DNA from: an uncultured cyanobacterium
GTDB taxonomy: Bacteria; Cyanobacteriota; Cyanobacteriia; Cyanobacteriales; CAWCAG01
DNA: 64,000 nt
Assembly: GCA_963793425.1 (NCBI GenBank)
Contig: CAWCAG010000009.1
Location: forward strand, 704,001 to 768,000
Direction of reading: 5' to 3'
Shown: one piece after another, positions 59,003-64,000 of the stretch
Position numbering within the stretch: position 1 is the stretch's first letter
Layout: each line of letters begins with the position of its first letter
Translations under genes and position numbers: made by a program
The notes under the pieces: generated by a model
Seen by the model: the letters and a program-made list of their open reading frames with translations, nothing else
Told to the model about the DNA's origin: nothing
Database searches by the model: none

Positions 59003-59129
59003 AATTAATGCGGAGGTAGTTACAGATCACATTATAGTACCTGTGTACTAGCTACTTGCCAGAATAATTGTTAAGTTTGATAACAAGGATGATTACTAAC
59101 CAAATTACTGTTGCCGTAGACTTAACTAC

Positions 59130-59615
59130 TCATTGATTTTTAATTCTACGTTGGGCAAACCAACTTTTTAATTGATTGCGACATTCGGCTTCTCTAACCC
59201 CCGCGATCACTGCCAAACGGTGGTTAGAAAAAGGACTGTCAGGAAAGTTAGCGACAGTGCGAATGCTTCCTGTTTTTGGGTCATCTGCCCCGTACACAAG
59301 CAAACCTAACCGTCCTTGAATAATTGCCCCTGCACACATAGGGCAAGGTTCTAGGGTCACATATAGGGTACATTGGTTAAGATGCCAGTTACCTAAACGT
59401 AAAGCGGCTGAACGTAAAGCCAAAATTTCTGCGTGGGCCGTAGGATCTTGCTCTTGTTCCTTGCGGTTTCCTGCTTCAGCAATAAGCTTTCCTGCCCCAT
59501 CTGTTACTAATGCGCCCACAGGCACATCCCCCGCTTCACCAGCTTCTCTAGCAAGTTTTAAAGCCCTGGCCATCAAACGTCTATGAATTGAATAGGTGAC
59601 TTCATCTGGTAGCAT
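59130..59615 (-). CDS. tadA: tRNA adenosine(34) deaminase
   Basis: DPTAHAE and YVTLEPCPMCAGA motifs. Confidence 0.93.
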   Translation of the reverse strand: MLPDEVTYSIHRRLMARALKLAREAGEAGDVPVGALVTDGAGKLIAEAGNRKEQEQDPTAHAEILALRSAALRLGNWHLNQCTLYVTLEPCPMCAGAIIQGRLGLLVYGADDPKTGSIRTVANFPDSPFSNHRLAVIAGVREAECRNQLKSWFAQRRIKNQ

Positions 59616-59644
59616 TGATTAAATTAATGATCAACAATTGGCAA

Positions 59645-59953
59645 CTAGCCATCAGTCAGTAAAGATTGTAACTTTCCTTGGCTATCTAAAGCATAGAGGT
59701 CATCACAACCACCAATATGTTGGTTATTAATAAAAATCTGCGGTACGCTCCTTTTCTGATTAGCACGTTGGGCCATTTCGTTTCTGGCTTCTTCATCGCC
59801 GTCAATTTTGTATTCTGTGAAATTAACACCTTTCCACCATAAGAGCATTTTGGCGCGAATACAAAAAGGACAAGTTTGCCAAGTATAGATTTCTACATTG
59901 GCTTTAACTTGTTCTGGATGTCTGTTGAGAAGGGAGTTGAGAAATTTGAACAC
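59645..59953 (-). CDS. grxC: Glutaredoxin 3
   Basis: CPFC, SVPQIFI and GGCDD motifs; GTG at 59953 is the likely start. Confidence 0.92.
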   Translation of the reverse strand: MFKFLNSLLNRHPEQVKANVEIYTWQTCPFCIRAKMLLWWKGVNFTEYKIDGDEEARNEMAQRANQKRSVPQIFINNQHIGGCDDLYALDSQGKLQSLLTDG

Positions 59954-60094
59954 TGAATTTAGCAAAGTAAATATTATTTTGTTCTTAATATAGCTTGAGC
60001 ATTGCTCTGGGAAAATTTTGATTGTCTTGATCACACAACAGGAAGAACAAAGACTGCTAAAATCGATAAAGCTTCACAGTTTTTAACAAAATAC

Positions 60095-60601
60095 ATGAGC
60101 GACATCAAACAGGCACAAGCCGCTTATCAAGATTTTACTAGGTTGTTTGAAAGTATAATTCTTAGTACTGTAGATGAAAAAGGTCAACCGAATGCTAGTT
60201 ATGCACCTTTTGTTGAAGATGATTCTAAAAGCTTTTACATTTTCGTAAGCGATCTTTCTACCCATACTCGCAATTTATCTAGTGTTGGTAAAGGAAGTAT
60301 TATGTTTATTGAAGATGAGTCTAAAAGCCAACAAATTTTTGCCCGTCGCCGCTTGACTTTTGACTGTATTGCTAAATTAATAACGAGAGAAACTGAAGAA
60401 TGGAATCAATTAGCTGATCTTTTTGAGAAACGCTTTGGAGAATTAATTGGTGTTTTCCGTAATCTAGCTGATTTTCGTATTTTCAAACTAACTCCAACAG
60501 AAGGAAGATTTGTAGTTGGTTTTGGTGCGGCTTATAAAATTAGTGGAGATGATCTTAATAATCTAACTCAGATTAAAGGTGGTGGTCATGGAAATAAGTA
60601 A
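60095..60601 (+). CDS. HugZ / pyridoxamine 5'-phosphate oxidase-like protein
   Basis: PNASYAPF, FARRRL and GRFVVGFGAAY motifs. Confidence 0.88.
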   Translation: MSDIKQAQAAYQDFTRLFESIILSTVDEKGQPNASYAPFVEDDSKSFYIFVSDLSTHTRNLSSVGKGSIMFIEDESKSQQIFARRRLTFDCIAKLITRETEEWNQLADLFEKRFGELIGVFRNLADFRIFKLTPTEGRFVVGFGAAYKISGDDLNNLTQIKGGGHGNK

Positions 60602-60674
60602 CAACTCGCGAATAACATCAGCAAACTGGAGAATTTGAGGCTGTATAAGCCAAAAGCTTATAGGTAAAATGCTT

Positions 60675-62318
60675 TCATCTTAAACGCCCTGATCTTATAA
60701 TACTAACAATTAACCACAAACCCAAAATACTAGCTACAGCAAATAGAACGCTAGTAATTAATGATAGCTGAGGAGTTTGAGAGCCTGTAGAAATAATGGC
60801 TGCTCCCATAATTAAAGAACCGACCAAAATACTAAAAGAAAGTCGGTTAGCTGAATCATCCAGACTACGCCTCAAGGAACTTAAATCTTGTACATTTATA
60901 TTCCACTTGAGACTTTCTGAAGTGATTCTATCTAAAAGTAACTCTATTAAACGAGGCGATCGTAAAGAAAGACTTTTAATATCTAGAGTAGTTCTTAAAA
61001 AAGTTTCTAAAGGGGTATCACCTAAAAGTTGACGGCGAAATAAGTCTGTTATTAAAGGCTTAACTTCTTCTAAAAGATTCACCTTGGGGTTAAATGCCCT
61101 CGCTACGCCTTCTAAATTAGCCAAGGTCTTAGCGTACAAGCCCATATTACTAGGCAAGCGCACTTTATTATTACGCGAAACTTGGAGAATTTCGTAAAAT
61201 ACTTCGCTAAAGTTGATTTGAGATAGACTAAGATTATAGTACTTACGTAGCATTCGATCATAATCATTTTCTAACCGATCCAAACTAACAGGTTGACCAG
61301 ACTCAGCTAATTCTAGAGTTAACTGAGAGCAACGCTGAGCATCAATATCAACAATAGCTAGCAGCATTTCTGTAAGAATTTGTTGAGTGCGAGGGTCTAA
61401 ACGCCCTACCATACCGCAATCTAAAAGAGCAAGCTTTCCATTGCGAAGATAAAACAGGTTACCAGGATGGGGGTCAGCATGAAAAAAACCATCAATATAA
61501 ATTTGCTGAAAGAAAGCCCGAAACAATAAACTGGTGACTTTATCTCTTTCCTTATCCTGATTAGAGTCAGCTTGAGATAAATCAGATTGAAGCAAAGGAA
61601 GGCCTTCCAGCCATTCTAGAACTAATAACTTAGGGGTCGTTAATTCCCAGTAAACTCGTGGTACTAATATTTGCTCCGACTCAAACCATTTACTCTTAGA
61701 AAGATTAAGACTTAGTTGATCAGTATATTTGCCTTCAGTAGTAAAATCCAGTTCTGCTTTTAAAGCAGTAGTAAATTCCTCTGCTAAAGCTACCATATCG
61801 TAATCTTTACCAAACTCTGTTAGAGCAACCAACTCTGCCAAACTTTTAATTAAGGATATATCCCTATCTACAACCTCTCCAATACCAGGACGTTGTACCT
61901 TCAGAGCAACTTCTTGCCCATTAGTTAAAGTAGCACGATGAACTTGTCCAATAGAGCCTGCTGCTACAGCTTCAGTCTCAACACTGGTAAAAGTCTCTTC
62001 CCAAGACTGAGGTAATTGCTGACGGATTAAAGTTTCTACTTCTAACCAAGCTACTGGCGGTACATTTGCTTGCAAATCCGTAAGAGCATCAACATACTTT
62101 CCTGGTAGAAGATCCGGACGAGTGGAAAGAAGTTGTCCGAGCTTGACATAAACAGGGCCTAATTCGATTAGAATGTTGCGGAGAACAGTGGGAGAGGGAA
62201 GACGAGGTTCGTCGGTTTTGCTTCCGGTTAAAAGTCCTCGCATATAGTCCCAGCCATTGCTGAAAACGACTTCAAGGATTTCGCGCTGTCGAGAAGTATT
62301 TTGAGTTAAGGAAAACAT
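60675..62318 (-). CDS. ABC1/UbiB atypical kinase
   Basis: LGPVYVKLGQLLSTRPDL, AAGSIGQVH, VQRPG and FHADPHPGN motifs. Confidence 0.94.
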   Translation of the reverse strand: MFSLTQNTSRQREILEVVFSNGWDYMRGLLTGSKTDEPRLPSPTVLRNILIELGPVYVKLGQLLSTRPDLLPGKYVDALTDLQANVPPVAWLEVETLIRQQLPQSWEETFTSVETEAVAAGSIGQVHRATLTNGQEVALKVQRPGIGEVVDRDISLIKSLAELVALTEFGKDYDMVALAEEFTTALKAELDFTTEGKYTDQLSLNLSKSKWFESEQILVPRVYWELTTPKLLVLEWLEGLPLLQSDLSQADSNQDKERDKVTSLLFRAFFQQIYIDGFFHADPHPGNLFYLRNGKLALLDCGMVGRLDPRTQQILTEMLLAIVDIDAQRCSQLTLELAESGQPVSLDRLENDYDRMLRKYYNLSLSQINFSEVFYEILQVSRNNKVRLPSNMGLYAKTLANLEGVARAFNPKVNLLEEVKPLITDLFRRQLLGDTPLETFLRTTLDIKSLSLRSPRLIELLLDRITSESLKWNINVQDLSSLRRSLDDSANRLSFSILVGSLIMGAAIISTGSQTPQLSLITSVLFAVASILGLWLIVSIIRSGRLR

Positions 62319-62442
62319 TTACATCCCTATATTAGTTCCAGGCATTCTCTCAGGGAATATACCTGATTGTTATTTTAGCCGTTTTAACTAATTCTAGAAT
62401 TGTGTTCACTACCGCATTAGTTGGATAGTAATTAACTGCAAT

Positions 62443-62484
62443 AAGCAAAAGGACTTCTTTTATATAAAAGAAGTCCTTTTGCTT
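62443..62484 (-). terminator. Perfect 42-bp palindrome downstream of 5S rRNA (rRNA operon terminator)
   Basis: AAGCAAAAGGACTTCTTTTAT|ATAAAAGAAGTCCTTTTGCTT. Confidence 0.8.
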
Positions 62485-62494
62485 TCAAAAAAAG

Positions 62495-62615
62495 AGCCTG
62501 GCGAAGAGCTATTGTCCCAGGAGGCAACCCTCAAAGTATCGTCGCCGCAACAGAGTTTCACAGTCGAGTTCGGGATGGAATCGAAGTGGAGCCACTGCAC
62601 TAAATACACCAAGCA
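62495..62615 (-). rRNA. rrf: 5S rRNA
   Basis: Minus strand reads CTTGGTG..CCATCCCGAACTCGACTGTGAAAC..CGCCAGG, downstream of the 23S. Confidence 0.96.
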
Positions 62616-62676
62616 AGAAATGGAAATGCTGTGTAGAGAAGCAAAACCCTCAAGACTGCAAAGAAACAAGTAGAAG

Positions 62677-64000
<1,324 letters not shown>

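Overview
Cyanobacterial chromosomal window, identified by kaiABC, many HIP1 GCGATCGC sites, heptamer STRR repeats, phylloquinone men genes and the 3' end of an rRNA operon at the right edge. Most of it is ordinary housekeeping or signalling DNA. Two accessory regions stand out. (1) 1-4314 is a co-oriented tRNA/RNA-repair island. It encodes a Macro-domain protein, a clan-AA protease, an OB-fold/Rnl2-type RNA ligase and a NADAR protein, interleaved with tRNA-Gly(TCC), tRNA-Arg(TCT), tRNA-Lys(TTT) and several structured RNAs the ORF track misses. The best find is a 245-nt RNA at 1428-1672, closed by a perfect 13-bp helix. It joins an exact sarcin-ricin loop 12-mer to a near-complete copy of the 23S H42-H44 uL11/uL10 GTPase-associated centre, so it looks like a compact mimic of the ribosome's translation-factor binding site. 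A second RNA at 3737-3996 is a tRNA-Ala-like body (G3.U70, A73) whose anticodon arm is replaced by about 200 nt of structured sequence. (2) 30825-39527 is a Druantia-like three-gene defence locus with a giant DUF1998 helicase, next to ffs. Other oddities are a GT2-haemagglutinin-CHAT fusion, tiny SDR-type insertions, and several single-base frameshifts that may be assembly errors. All rRNA and protein-family comparisons outside this window are from memory and need database confirmation.
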